From sequence record NC_047749.1: a stretch of DNA of 64,000 nt; one strand, 5' to 3'. The notes beneath the pieces are model-generated. The model was not told the DNA's origin. It saw only the letters and a list, made by a program, of their open reading frames with translations, and made no database searches. The translations under genes were made by a program, and so were the position numbers. This document shows positions 8,978 through 18,178 of the stretch, one piece after another. The stretch is from Escherichia phage DT571/2. Every line of letters begins with the position of its first letter. Within the stretch, counting starts at the first letter, position 1.

Positions 8978-9265
8978 ATGAATAAACAAGAAATTATCTC
9001 CGCATGTGAAGCCCATAATGAGTTCTACCTTCATTATGAGAAACTACGCCAAAAGGGTACTACATACCTTCAGGGTACTATGGATTTTTCTGATAAGTAC
9101 CTAAGTAAACGTTTTGCTCAGGAGCGTATCCGTCAACCAAAAGATGACGAAATTCTAGTGTTTAGTCGCACTAATGACAGCTTCCGATTTATTCCTGTTG
9201 CGAAAGTTCGTCGCATTACGAGCCTTCAGTCAGAGTTAGATCGTGCTTCTCCAGTAGGCCGATAA
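8978..9265 (+). CDS. Hypothetical protein (95 aa)
   Basis: RBS gggagattatac-ATG; followed by terminator. Confidence 0.45.
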   Translation: MNKQEIISACEAHNEFYLHYEKLRQKGTTYLQGTMDFSDKYLSKRFAQERIRQPKDDEILVFSRTNDSFRFIPVAKVRRITSLQSELDRASPVGR

Positions 9266-9275
9266 GAAACCAATT

Positions 9276-9300
9276 AGCCCCTATATGGGGCTTTTTGTGT
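9276..9300 (+). terminator. Rho-independent terminator
   Basis: Stem agcccc/ggggct, loop tatat, followed by ttttt. Confidence 0.6.
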
Positions 9301-9315
9301 ATTTGAGAAACGTAA

Positions 9316-9624
9316 ATGAGCGATCAGGTAAACCAAAACTATGAAGGACACGTTGATGATCAGTCAATCCTTCTATGGGAAAGAGAAGGGGAACAAATAA
9401 GATTGACAGTATCTGAATTTCGTGGGAATCTATACATGGGAATTAGGTATTGGCTCCAGGATATTACTGGAGAATGGTTTCCAACGAAATCCGGCTTCTC
9501 TTTTCCGTACACTCTAGAAACTACTTCACAGCTATTCTATGCTTTTACGCAAATCCTTAGTGAATCTGAGGTTTTACATGAAGTACAGAAACGAGCTGAA
9601 GAACTCAAAGCCAAGAATGCCTAG
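9316..9624 (+). CDS. Hypothetical protein (102 aa)
   Basis: ORF with downstream terminator; no motifs. Confidence 0.45.
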   Translation: MSDQVNQNYEGHVDDQSILLWEREGEQIRLTVSEFRGNLYMGIRYWLQDITGEWFPTKSGFSFPYTLETTSQLFYAFTQILSESEVLHEVQKRAEELKAKNA

Positions 9625-9640
9625 TTCTTGGCTTTTTCTT
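9611..9640 (+). terminator. Rho-independent terminator
   Basis: Stem gccaagaa/ttcttggc followed by tttttcttt. Confidence 0.6.
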
Positions 9641-9651
9641 TATAAATGTAT

Positions 9652-9680
9652 TTGCTTTCAACTCAGTTTTGTTATATAAT
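9652..9680 (+). promoter_or_regulatory. T5-type sigma70 promoter
   Basis: ttgctt 9652-9657, 17-bp spacer, tataat 9675-9680, leader atttatataaattaatgagagg. Confidence 0.65.
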
Positions 9681-9694
9681 ATTTATATAAATTA

Positions 9695-9910
9695 ATGAGA
9701 GGATCAATCATGGCAATGACAATAACACTTCCCAAGATTCAAGCAAAACTTAATCTACTTTCCACAGCACGCATTAATTATCAAGATAACATAGGCACAG
9801 TAAATCAAAAGGCGTACAAAGATGCGTTTCTGAAAGAATCTGCTGATTTGATGGATATGGTTACACAATATAATAAAGAACTCAAGATGGAAATCGCCGA
9901 TGATGACTAA
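9695..9910 (+). CDS. Hypothetical protein (71 aa)
   Basis: RBS gagagga; ATGA overlap with ligase subunit A start. Confidence 0.45.
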   Translation: MRGSIMAMTITLPKIQAKLNLLSTARINYQDNIGTVNQKAYKDAFLKESADLMDMVTQYNKELKMEIADDD

Positions 9911-10874
9911 TGTAAAAGAATTTATTAAACGCTGTCAAGAAGCATATTATCAAGGCATGTCTTTAATCTCTGATGAAGAATATGATCGCCTGGTAAAACG
10001 CTTCCCGTTAGAGGAAGAGATCGGGCCTAAGGGTGATATTCCACATCTATACCGTATGTATTCTTTACAGAAAGTTTATTATAATCGTGGAGATAAACCC
10101 CCATTTAACCCGTTAGGTCAAGTAGAAACTGATAAGTTAGATGGTTGTGCAATTTCCCTGCTATATATTAATGGCGAATTTGTTCAAGCACTAACTCGTG
10201 GTAATGGTATTCTGGGAAATGATGTCACAAGCAACGTAAGATTGCTGAACATCCCTAAAAAGATTTCTCAAAAAGTACCTACTCAAATCACTGGTGAAGT
10301 TCTAATTACAAAAGAAGTAGAAAATAAACGTAACTTTGCCTCTGGTGCTATTAACCTCAAAGATAGTGATGATTTCGTACAGCGTATCGGGGAAGGTGGT
10401 TTAATCTTCGTTGCATACGGTATCCAGTGTTCTGCTGAATCTGTAGGTATTACAGAAGCGTATTTAAAAGATATGCTTTGGCTAGAGAATGAGAACTTCT
10501 TAACAGTTGTTAATGTACGTTCCTTCTTTAAATGGATTCCAACGGACGGTAAAGTTGTTCGTATTAATGATAACAACAAATTCTTCCGTGAAGGCTGGAC
10601 TAATAAATTTCCTCGCGGTGCATTTGCTATTAAAGAGGATGAAGAAGGTGAGACTACAACTCTTACTAAAGTTGAATGGAATGTAGGGGCTTCTGGTAAA
10701 GTAACTCCAGTCGGTTATTTTGAACCAGTAATTATTGATGATGCTACAATTGTTAAAGCGACTCTTAATAACGTTGATTATATTAACTCTCTCGATCTAG
10801 AGATCGGTTGCCAGATTCGAGTGATTCGTGCTGGTGGTGTAATCCCGTGCATAGTAGAACGAGTATACGATTAA
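9900..10874 (+). CDS. NAD-dependent DNA ligase, N-terminal subunit (adenylation + OB domains)
   Basis: LigA-like N-terminus (ISDEEYDRL), adenylation lysine motif KLDGCA, OB-fold-like C-terminus; no Zn-finger, HhH or BRCT. Confidence 0.75.
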   Translation: MMTNVKEFIKRCQEAYYQGMSLISDEEYDRLVKRFPLEEEIGPKGDIPHLYRMYSLQKVYYNRGDKPPFNPLGQVETDKLDGCAISLLYINGEFVQALTRGNGILGNDVTSNVRLLNIPKKISQKVPTQITGEVLITKEVENKRNFASGAINLKDSDDFVQRIGEGGLIFVAYGIQCSAESVGITEAYLKDMLWLENENFLTVVNVRSFFKWIPTDGKVVRINDNNKFFREGWTNKFPRGAFAIKEDEEGETTTLTKVEWNVGASGKVTPVGYFEPVIIDDATIVKATLNNVDYINSLDLEIGCQIRVIRAGGVIPCIVERVYD

Positions 10875-10924
10875 TACATAACCCTTTGCTACCCATTTAC
10901 CATATCGGAATTATAAAGTGGTTA

Positions 10925-10953
10925 TTGACATTTTCGCCGCTTAGGTATATACT
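10925..10953 (+). promoter_or_regulatory. Consensus-like sigma70 promoter inside the ligase A/B spacer
   Basis: -35 ttgaca 10925-10930, 17-bp spacer, -10 tatact 10948-10953. Confidence 0.5.
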
Positions 10954-11017
10954 ATTATCATTCAGTTGAGGGATAGAAAGTTATGGCGAGGGTAAGCAAA
11001 GTTAGTTAAAATTGTAG

Positions 11018-11046
11018 TTGCTAAATGCTTAAATACTTGCTATAAT
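11018..11046 (+). promoter_or_regulatory. T5-type sigma70 promoter with extended -10
   Basis: ttgcta 11018-11023, 17-bp spacer, TGc-tataat 11038-11046, leader atttatataaattgataagga. Confidence 0.65.
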
Positions 11047-11073
11047 ATTTATATAAATTGATAAGGAAGAAAT

Positions 11074-11856
11074 TTGATGAAAATCGAAATTCCAACACAA
11101 TGTCCCTCTTGTGGTTCTAAGCTAGATCTTGTCAACGGACAATTATTCTGTCGTAATAAGTCCAACTGTCCAGCGCAATCAAGTAAGTTAATTGAGAACT
11201 TCTGTACAAAAATGAAGTTAAAGGGCTTTGGCCCGAAAACTATTGAGAAGCTGGAGCTGACGAAGATTTCAGAACTATTTTACCTAACCGAAGAAGATTT
11301 GGTTAGAGCCGTGGGTAGCAAGGTTGCCGCTAAGTTAATTAGCGAATTAAATACTAAAGTTCGCGGAGACATTGACTTTGGTTCAGTTCTCGGTTCTTTA
11401 GGAATCCCTCTAATTGGAGAGGTTGCAGCAAAGAAATTATCCCAAAATTGCACTAGCTTCCACGATGTGAAGGCTGACGGCAAGGCTGGAGAAAACTATA
11501 AAGCCTGGCTAAATTCCCCACAAGGCAAGGATGTTATCGAATTACCGTGGAAATTCTCAAATGGTATTAAAGGTGCTAAAGCTGACATCATCATTACAGA
11601 TGAATTAGTTGCCCCGCCAAATGGAATCACGGTGTGTATTACCGGATCTTTGCAAGATTTTGCAAATCGAACGGATGCAACAAACTATCTAGAAGGTCTA
11701 GGGTATACTGTTAAAAAATCAGTTACCAAAGACGTTAAATACCTCATCTGTGAGGATGAATCTAAGCGTTCTTCCTCATCTTATAAGAAAGCCGAAACGA
11801 ATGGGATAGAAATCCTGTCGATTAAAGAACTATTGGAGAAAAATAATAATGTCTAA
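11074..11856 (+). CDS. NAD-dependent DNA ligase, C-terminal subunit (Zn-finger, HhH, BRCT-like)
   Basis: Begins with Cys4 zinc finger CPSCGSKLD...CRNKSNC typical of LigA; Gly-rich helix-hairpin-helix-like segments; BRCT-like C-terminus (ITGSL...). Confidence 0.7.
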   Translation: MMKIEIPTQCPSCGSKLDLVNGQLFCRNKSNCPAQSSKLIENFCTKMKLKGFGPKTIEKLELTKISELFYLTEEDLVRAVGSKVAAKLISELNTKVRGDIDFGSVLGSLGIPLIGEVAAKKLSQNCTSFHDVKADGKAGENYKAWLNSPQGKDVIELPWKFSNGIKGAKADIIITDELVAPPNGITVCITGSLQDFANRTDATNYLEGLGYTVKKSVTKDVKYLICEDESKRSSSSYKKAETNGIEILSIKELLEKNNNV

Positions 11857-12616
11857 ACTGAACTGGAACGTAGAAGGTGTAACCGAGTCTCTGAAAGCAA
11901 AAGCCACTGCTCTGGGTGTTGCTGTAATCTCTCAAGAACAAGTAGCTGCTATCGCTGCTGAACTGGCTGCTGAAACTGGCAAAGACGTTACCGCTCGCTC
12001 TGTTGGCTCTAAGCTGCGTAAAGAAGGTTTCGAAGTACAGAAAGCTAACGAAGTACAGAAATCCCCGTGGACTCCTGAGCAGGAAGCTGAACTGGTTGAT
12101 TTCCTGAACTCTCATGCTGGTCAGTATACTTATGCTGAAATCGCTGCTGCTGTAGCTGGTGGTCAGTTCGGTGCTAAACAGGTACAGGGTAAGATCCTGA
12201 GTCTGGAAATGACCGCTTCTGTTAAACCAACTGAAAAAGCTGCTGCTGTTCGTTCCTTCACTCCGGATGAAGAAACTGATTTTGTTAATCAGGTTGTTGC
12301 TGGTGCTACTATTGAAGCTATCGCTGCCCACTTCGGTCGCAATATTAAGCAGATCCGTGGTAAAGCTCTGAGTCTGCTTCGTGAAGGTCGTATCGCTGCT
12401 ATGCCGGTACAGGAAACTTCAAGTGCTAAAACTCGTGAAGATCTGCTAGAAGGTCTGGATCTGGCTAACATGACTGTTGCTGAGATCGCTGAGAAAACTG
12501 GTAAGTCTGAGCGCGGTGTTAAATCTATGCTGTCTCGTCGTGGTCTGGTTGCTAAGGACTATGATGGTGCCGCTAAGCGTGCTAAACTGGATGCAAAAGC
12601 TGCGGCTGCTGAATAA
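11849..12616 (+). CDS. Abundant early DNA-binding-type protein built from ~4 tandem HTH-like repeats (possibly the T5 D5 equivalent)
   Basis: Four ~30-aa repeats of the form hxxIAxxxGxxxxxVxxKxL (e.g. VAEIAEKTGKSERGVKSMLSRRG); strongly biased GCT/GTT/CGT/CTG codon use typical of highly expressed genes; terminator directly downstream. Confidence 0.55.
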   Translation: MSKLNWNVEGVTESLKAKATALGVAVISQEQVAAIAAELAAETGKDVTARSVGSKLRKEGFEVQKANEVQKSPWTPEQEAELVDFLNSHAGQYTYAEIAAAVAGGQFGAKQVQGKILSLEMTASVKPTEKAAAVRSFTPDEETDFVNQVVAGATIEAIAAHFGRNIKQIRGKALSLLREGRIAAMPVQETSSAKTREDLLEGLDLANMTVAEIAEKTGKSERGVKSMLSRRGLVAKDYDGAAKRAKLDAKAAAAE

Positions 12617-12634
12617 TCTGGTAAATTAAACCTA

Positions 12635-12666
12635 AGGGGAGGGGGCTATGCTCCTTCCCCTTTTTG
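12635..12666 (+). terminator. Rho-independent terminator
   Basis: GC-rich hairpin aggggaggggg...ctccttcccc followed by ttttt. Confidence 0.6.
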
Positions 12667-12698
12667 CATTTAGAAGGCACGAAAGCGTGCAAAGGAGA

Positions 12699-14171
12699 AT
12701 GACCTTGTTTAACGTGCAAGCTGTAGTGTTGAAGATGCTTCTAGCTTCAGAACAGAAGCAAATAGCATTGGAAACATTCTCAAAACTGCATAAAGATCAT
12801 TTTAATGACGCTTTCTCCTCAATTTACCAAGCCGTCCAGAATTATTATAAAAAGTATAACACAATGCCGTCCATTGACGCACTGATGCTTGAGGCTAATA
12901 GGAACGCCCGCCTTTCTCAAGCTCTAGTCGTTTTAGCTAACACTCAAATTCCAGAAGTTAGCATGGAACAGGCACTTGAAGTCCTAGAGGCCGAGTATAC
13001 ACAGGATTTATTCCTGAAGCTTCTAGAAACAGACGTGCTTCAAGATTTAACAATGCTGGATCAGGGAGAAATTCTTAACCGAGTTGCCTCCCTTCACTTA
13101 AAATTAGAAGAGAAAGTAACGAATACTGGAAAAGTATTCAACGCAGATAACATGCGTATTTTCCAGAGAGAAGAAGATACCAAACTGAACTTAATCGCTC
13201 TTGGTATTTGTAATGAGTTCGACGCTCAAATTGGTTTAGCTCGCACAGAAACGTTACTGCTTGGTGGTTGGCGTGGTACTGGTAAATCCATTATCTGTTC
13301 AAACATACAGGTTCAGCAATATTTGAATGGAGATATTGCTCCATACTTCTCAATTGAGATGAAAGAACATGAAGTATTTAGACGTAATCTAGCTATGTTA
13401 GCTGGTGTATCAGCACTAGCAATGCGTAATAATACTCTAGAAGGTGCAGCTCTGTTGAGATTAGCCAGAACTAGAGCTAGGATGTTTAACGGTGGTGAAG
13501 AGCTTTTCGATAACTTCGTTAAACAGTATACAATGGCTAAGATGTGTGATTTCTACGATATGGAAAGTAAGCTAATAGAAGGGTATGAGCTACATACTCC
13601 TATGATTATTGTTTATGATCCTGAGCTGTCTATTACAACAGTTGACGTAGAATTAAATAAATTAGTTGCTAGATACGGGGATAAAGTTACAGTAGCTTTA
13701 CTAGACTATATTAACCAAACCCGACTTCCAGACTCTAAAACCATTGATATGTATGACTGGAAAGAACAGATGGTTGTTAGCTCGTCTTTCAAATCTATCT
13801 GCCAGAAACATAACGTGGCTGGTGTAGCTCCTTACCAGATCGATCAAGATGGTAGAACACGTATGTCGAAGGGGATTCTTGATTCCGCAGACATGGCTGC
13901 TAATCTTAATGCTGCAAAAGCTGATAATGGTCAAGGTGCTATTATGTTTGACTTCGTTAAGACTCGGTCTTCTGATAGCGTGAAGTTTATGCCTAAAATG
14001 AACTGGGAAACCCTGCGGATGGATAACACTACCAACCTAGCAATGGAAGATATATCTCAAATGGAAGCTGAGTTCGTTATCCCTATTGAGAAGGATAAGC
14101 CGGCTCAATCCAAACGTGCTAAGAAAGACAAAGCTGAAAATTCAACAGGTGAACAGGCCAGCGATATATGA
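12699..14171 (+). CDS. DnaB-like replicative helicase
   Basis: Walker A LLLGGWRGTGKS in the C-terminal RecA-like half; precedes the primase with an ATGA overlap. Start uncertain: track ORF begins at 12648 inside the terminator hairpin, so the ATG at 12699 or TTG at 12705 after SD aaggaga is more plausible. Confidence 0.6.
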   Translation: MTLFNVQAVVLKMLLASEQKQIALETFSKLHKDHFNDAFSSIYQAVQNYYKKYNTMPSIDALMLEANRNARLSQALVVLANTQIPEVSMEQALEVLEAEYTQDLFLKLLETDVLQDLTMLDQGEILNRVASLHLKLEEKVTNTGKVFNADNMRIFQREEDTKLNLIALGICNEFDAQIGLARTETLLLGGWRGTGKSIICSNIQVQQYLNGDIAPYFSIEMKEHEVFRRNLAMLAGVSALAMRNNTLEGAALLRLARTRARMFNGGEELFDNFVKQYTMAKMCDFYDMESKLIEGYELHTPMIIVYDPELSITTVDVELNKLVARYGDKVTVALLDYINQTRLPDSKTIDMYDWKEQMVVSSSFKSICQKHNVAGVAPYQIDQDGRTRMSKGILDSADMAANLNAAKADNGQGAIMFDFVKTRSSDSVKFMPKMNWETLRMDNTTNLAMEDISQMEAEFVIPIEKDKPAQSKRAKKDKAENSTGEQASDI

Positions 14172-15058
14172 GTAGAATAACAGAACTACTTGATCTGAAA
14201 GGCATTGAGTATAAAGACACAGGTGGGGACATCCTCATCTGTTGTCTCAACCCAGATCATGATGATAAACACCCAAGTTTGCGTATTGACCCTGAAACAG
14301 GTATTATGCACTGCTTGAGTTGTGGCTTCGGTAAAGGTATACCGAGCATTTACCATTATTTTAATGAGACTCAGTACCGACAGTCCCCAAGACTATCCCA
14401 AGTACGTAAAAAGATTTCAGAGATTAGAAATGGATCTACAAATCTTGCAATCCCAGAATCTGCTTTTCTTTTTGAAGGTGATTTCCGGGGTATCAGTTCT
14501 AAGACCTTAAAGAAATATTTTGCTTTCCAACACCAAGAGGACTGGGAGGGCAGAATTGTATTCCCAATCACAGATGCTGTTGGACGCAATATCCTATTTT
14601 TGGGTCGTTCTATAAACAGTTCTGCCCCTCCTAAATACTTAGTAAAACCAAAACAAGTTTCACCACCAATTTTCCCTGTACGATATAATACTCCAGTTCT
14701 TATTCTAGTTGAAGGCATCTTTGATATGCTGAAGCTAGAGGATAATGGTATAGACTATGCTTCCTGCTGCTTTGGTACACATCAGTTTACTTCTGATAAC
14801 ATTGCAGATAAGTTCAGTCCTTATATTATTGCCGGCGTAAAAGTTGTTGTTATCTTACTAGATAATGATGCTTCTGGTAATAAAGCTGCACAAGCACTGG
14901 CCAAGCTAATTCGTACAAAAACGCGTTTAACACCTGTAGTTGCTAACTTTCTTCTGCCTGAAGGTAAAGACCCTGGTGATTTAAATAAAGAAGAAGTCGA
15001 TACGTTAGCAAAACGTATTGAAATTTTAGTTGCTGAATCACTTAAAGATTTGGTATAA
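14168..15058 (+). CDS. DnaG-type DNA primase (zinc-ribbon + TOPRIM)
   Basis: N-terminal zinc-binding CCLNPDHDDKHPSL...HCLSCGFG; TOPRIM-like LVEGIFDMLKL and LLDNDASGNKAA. Confidence 0.75.
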   Translation: MSRITELLDLKGIEYKDTGGDILICCLNPDHDDKHPSLRIDPETGIMHCLSCGFGKGIPSIYHYFNETQYRQSPRLSQVRKKISEIRNGSTNLAIPESAFLFEGDFRGISSKTLKKYFAFQHQEDWEGRIVFPITDAVGRNILFLGRSINSSAPPKYLVKPKQVSPPIFPVRYNTPVLILVEGIFDMLKLEDNGIDYASCCFGTHQFTSDNIADKFSPYIIAGVKVVVILLDNDASGNKAAQALAKLIRTKTRLTPVVANFLLPEGKDPGDLNKEEVDTLAKRIEILVAESLKDLV

Positions 15059-15059
15059 T
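15030..15059 (+). promoter_or_regulatory. Sigma70-type promoter for the DNA polymerase gene
   Basis: -35 ttgctg 15030-15035, 18-bp spacer, TGg-tataat 15051-15059; overlaps the primase stop codon. Confidence 0.5.
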
Positions 15060-15061
15060 AT

Positions 15062-15106
15062 ATTGGTAAGTTAGAGAAGAAACACTGAAGTTATACTTAC
15101 TTACCA
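15062..15106 (+). promoter_or_regulatory. 5'-leader hairpin next to the polymerase RBS
   Basis: 9-bp inverted repeat ttggtaagt ... acttaccaa with ~27-nt loop; 3' arm abuts SD agaggag of the TTG start at 15121. Confidence 0.4.
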
Positions 15107-15120
15107 AGAGGAGATTAAAT

Positions 15121-17688
15121 TTGAAAATCGCAGTAGTTGATAAAGCTCTAAACAACACTCGTTACGATAAACATTTCCAGCTATACGGCGAGGAAGTTGA
15201 TGTATTCCATATGTGTAACGAGAAGTTGTCCGGTCGTTTGCTCAAAAAGCATATTACTATCGGGACCCCGGAAAACCCATTTGACCCGAATGATTATGAT
15301 TTTGTTATACTGGTAGGTGCCGAACCTTTCCTGTACTTTGCGGGTAAGAAAGGTATTGGTGATTATACTGGTAAACGTGTAGAGTATAATGGATATGCTA
15401 ACTGGATTGCTAGTATCAGCCCAGCCCAGCTACACTTTAAACCTGAAATGAAACCAGTTTTTGATGCAACAGTAGAGAATATCCACGATATTATCAATGG
15501 TCGTGAGAAGATTGCAAAAGCTGGTGATTACCGTCCTATTACTGACCCCGACAAGGCAGAAGAATATATCAAGATGGTGTATAATATGGTTATCGGACCT
15601 GTCGCATTCGACTCCGAAACCTCAGCACTATACTGTCGAGATGGTTATCTGCTTGGTGTTTCTATGTCTCACCAAGAGTATCAGGGTGTATATATCGATT
15701 CTGATTGTCTTACAGAAGTTGCAGTATATTATCTCCAGAAAATTCTGGATAGTGAAAACCATACTATTGTTTTTCACAACTTGAAGTTTGATATGCACTT
15801 TTATAAGTACCATCTGGGACTTACTTTTGATAAAGCACATAAAGAACACAGGCTCCATGATACCATGTTGCAGCATTATGTTCTAGATGAACGTCGTGGT
15901 ACTCATGGCTTGAAATCTCTAGCAATGAAGTATACCGATATGGGTGACTATGACTTCGAACTAGATAAGTTCAAAGATGATTACTGCAAAGCACATAAAA
16001 TCAAGAAAGAAGATTTCACCTATGATTTGATTCCATTTGATATTATGTGGCCTTACGCTGCAAAAGATACAGATGCTACCCTACGTTTACACAACTTCTT
16101 TTTACCAAAAATTGAGAAGAATGAAAAACTTTGCAGTCTGTATTACGATGTTCTAATGCCTGGTTGTGTATTCCTACAGCGTGTCGAAGATCGTGGCGTA
16201 CCTATCTCTATTGATCGTTTGAAAGAAGCTCAGTATCAATTGACTCATAATTTGAATAAAGCCCGTGAGAAACTGTACACTTATCCAGAAGTTAAACAGC
16301 TAGAACAAGATCAGAATGTAGCATTTAACCCGAACTCTGTTAAACAACTTCGTGTTCTTCTATTCGATTATGTTGGTTTGACTCCAACTGGTAAGTTAAC
16401 GGATACTGGTGCAGATTCTACAAACGCAGAAGCTCTGAATGAACTGGCAACCCAGCATCCGATTGCTAAAACTCTTCTAGAGATTCGTAAGCTGACTAAG
16501 CTGATCTCTACTTACGTTGAGAAGATTCTACTGAGTATTGATGCAGATGGTTGCATTCGTACTGGTTTCCATGAACATATGACTACTTCTGGTCGTCTGA
16601 GTTCTTCTGGTAAACTGAACCTGCAACAGCTACCTCGTGATGAATCTATCATTAAGGGTTGTGTAGTTGCACCACCTGGATACCGTGTAATCGCATGGGA
16701 CTTAACAACTGCGGAAGTTTATTATGCTGCTGTTCTATCTGGTGATAGAAATATGCAACAAGTATTTATTAACATGAGAAATGAACCTGATAAATACCCT
16801 GACTTCCACTCTAACATCGCCCACATGGTATTTAAATTGCAATGTGAACCTCGTGATGTTAAAAAGTTATTCCCAGCTCTGCGTCAAGCAGCTAAGGCAA
16901 TTACCTTTGGTATTTTGTACGGTTCTGGCCCGGCTAAAGTAGCACATTCTGTTAACGAAGCATTGCTAGAACAAGCAGCCAAAACTGGGGAACCATTTGT
17001 TGAATGTACTGTTGCAGATGCTAAAGAGTACATTGAGACTTACTTTGGTCAATTCCCACAGCTTAAGCGTTGGATTGATAAGTGCCACGATCAGATCAAG
17101 AATCATGGATTTATCTATAGTCACTTTGGTCGTAAACGTCGTCTGCATAATATCCACTCCGAAGACCGTGGTGTTCAGGGTGAAGAAATCCGTTCTGGAT
17201 TTAACGCAATCATTCAGTCTGCTTCTTCTGATAGTCTCCTTTTAGGTGCTGTAGATGCAGATAATGAGATCATTTCTCTTGGCCTAGAACAAGAGATGAA
17301 GATTGTTATGCTGGTTCATGACTCCGTAGTTGCTATTGTTCGTGAAGACTTGATTGATCAATACAATGAGATCCTGATTCGTAATATTCAGAAAGACCGT
17401 GGTATCAGTATTCCTGGCTGTCCAATTGGTATTGATTCAGATTCTGAAGCTGGAGGTTCTCGTGACTATTCTTGTGGTAAGATGAAGAAACAGCACCCAT
17501 CAATCGCTTGTATTGATGATGACGAATATACTCGTTACGTTAAAGAAATGCTTCTTGATTCTGAATTCGAGTATAAGAAATTAGCTGCAATGGATAAAGA
17601 GCATCCAGACCACAGCAAGTACAAGGATGATAAGTTTATTGCTGTATGTAAAGATCTGGATAACGTGAAAAGGGTTCTCGGTGCTTAA
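15121..17688 (+). CDS. DNA polymerase, family A with 3'-5' exonuclease (T5-type, 855 aa)
   Basis: TTG start after SD agaggag; Exo I motif FDSETSAL; motif B RQAAKAITFGILYGSG; motif C LVHDSV; 855 aa, same length as T5 DNA polymerase as I recall it. Confidence 0.9.
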   Translation: MKIAVVDKALNNTRYDKHFQLYGEEVDVFHMCNEKLSGRLLKKHITIGTPENPFDPNDYDFVILVGAEPFLYFAGKKGIGDYTGKRVEYNGYANWIASISPAQLHFKPEMKPVFDATVENIHDIINGREKIAKAGDYRPITDPDKAEEYIKMVYNMVIGPVAFDSETSALYCRDGYLLGVSMSHQEYQGVYIDSDCLTEVAVYYLQKILDSENHTIVFHNLKFDMHFYKYHLGLTFDKAHKEHRLHDTMLQHYVLDERRGTHGLKSLAMKYTDMGDYDFELDKFKDDYCKAHKIKKEDFTYDLIPFDIMWPYAAKDTDATLRLHNFFLPKIEKNEKLCSLYYDVLMPGCVFLQRVEDRGVPISIDRLKEAQYQLTHNLNKAREKLYTYPEVKQLEQDQNVAFNPNSVKQLRVLLFDYVGLTPTGKLTDTGADSTNAEALNELATQHPIAKTLLEIRKLTKLISTYVEKILLSIDADGCIRTGFHEHMTTSGRLSSSGKLNLQQLPRDESIIKGCVVAPPGYRVIAWDLTTAEVYYAAVLSGDRNMQQVFINMRNEPDKYPDFHSNIAHMVFKLQCEPRDVKKLFPALRQAAKAITFGILYGSGPAKVAHSVNEALLEQAAKTGEPFVECTVADAKEYIETYFGQFPQLKRWIDKCHDQIKNHGFIYSHFGRKRRLHNIHSEDRGVQGEEIRSGFNAIIQSASSDSLLLGAVDADNEIISLGLEQEMKIVMLVHDSVVAIVREDLIDQYNEILIRNIQKDRGISIPGCPIGIDSDSEAGGSRDYSCGKMKKQHPSIACIDDDEYTRYVKEMLLDSEFEYKKLAAMDKEHPDHSKYKDDKFIAVCKDLDNVKRVLGA

Positions 17689-18178
17689 TTTCAAATTGCC
17701 CGTCTATGCGTTACGGGCGTTTGTATCAATTGAGCAAGAAGGTGATTATTCCGTAATTACAACAAGATATAATAAATATGTGCTAGATAACAGGAAGTTG
17801 CCTGGCACGTTTTCTCAACGTAGGCTTATTCTATTTGAGAAACGGAAAGAATTACCATATAAGCTCTATCCTATTAGAGGTAGAATATCAATGTTGTCTC
17901 AATTAGTTGGGTCAAAGCGTAACCAATTTGTAGATTCTGATGGAAATCTTATTAATTGGAAGAAAACTACGTTCTATGATGTTGTCACCTCTAAAGTTTT
18001 GCATTCAGCTAGAATTTACAATGGAAAATACCAATGCTATGTGGCTAAAGTCCCTTATCCATTTGTATTATCCTATGTTCCAGCTTATATAAGCTATATT
18101 CTGGTAAATAATAGCCCTGTTATTTATCAAGTCCATCAAGAGGAGCCTGAAATTCCTAGACTTAGAATAAAATTATGA
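17681..18178 (+). CDS. Hypothetical protein (165 aa)
   Basis: ORF overlapping polymerase stop and helicase start (ATGA). Confidence 0.4.
   Translation: MLNFKLPVYALRAFVSIEQEGDYSVITTRYNKYVLDNRKLPGTFSQRRLILFEKRKELPYKLYPIRGRISMLSQLVGSKRNQFVDSDGNLINWKKTTFYDVVTSKVLHSARIYNGKYQCYVAKVPYPFVLSYVPAYISYILVNNSPVIYQVHQEEPEIPRLRIKL

Noticed and set aside
11822-12331. 169-aa Ser-rich ORF on the - strand
   Set aside because: Antisense to the Ala-rich gene 11849-12616 (GCT codons read as AGC on the complement); no start signals.
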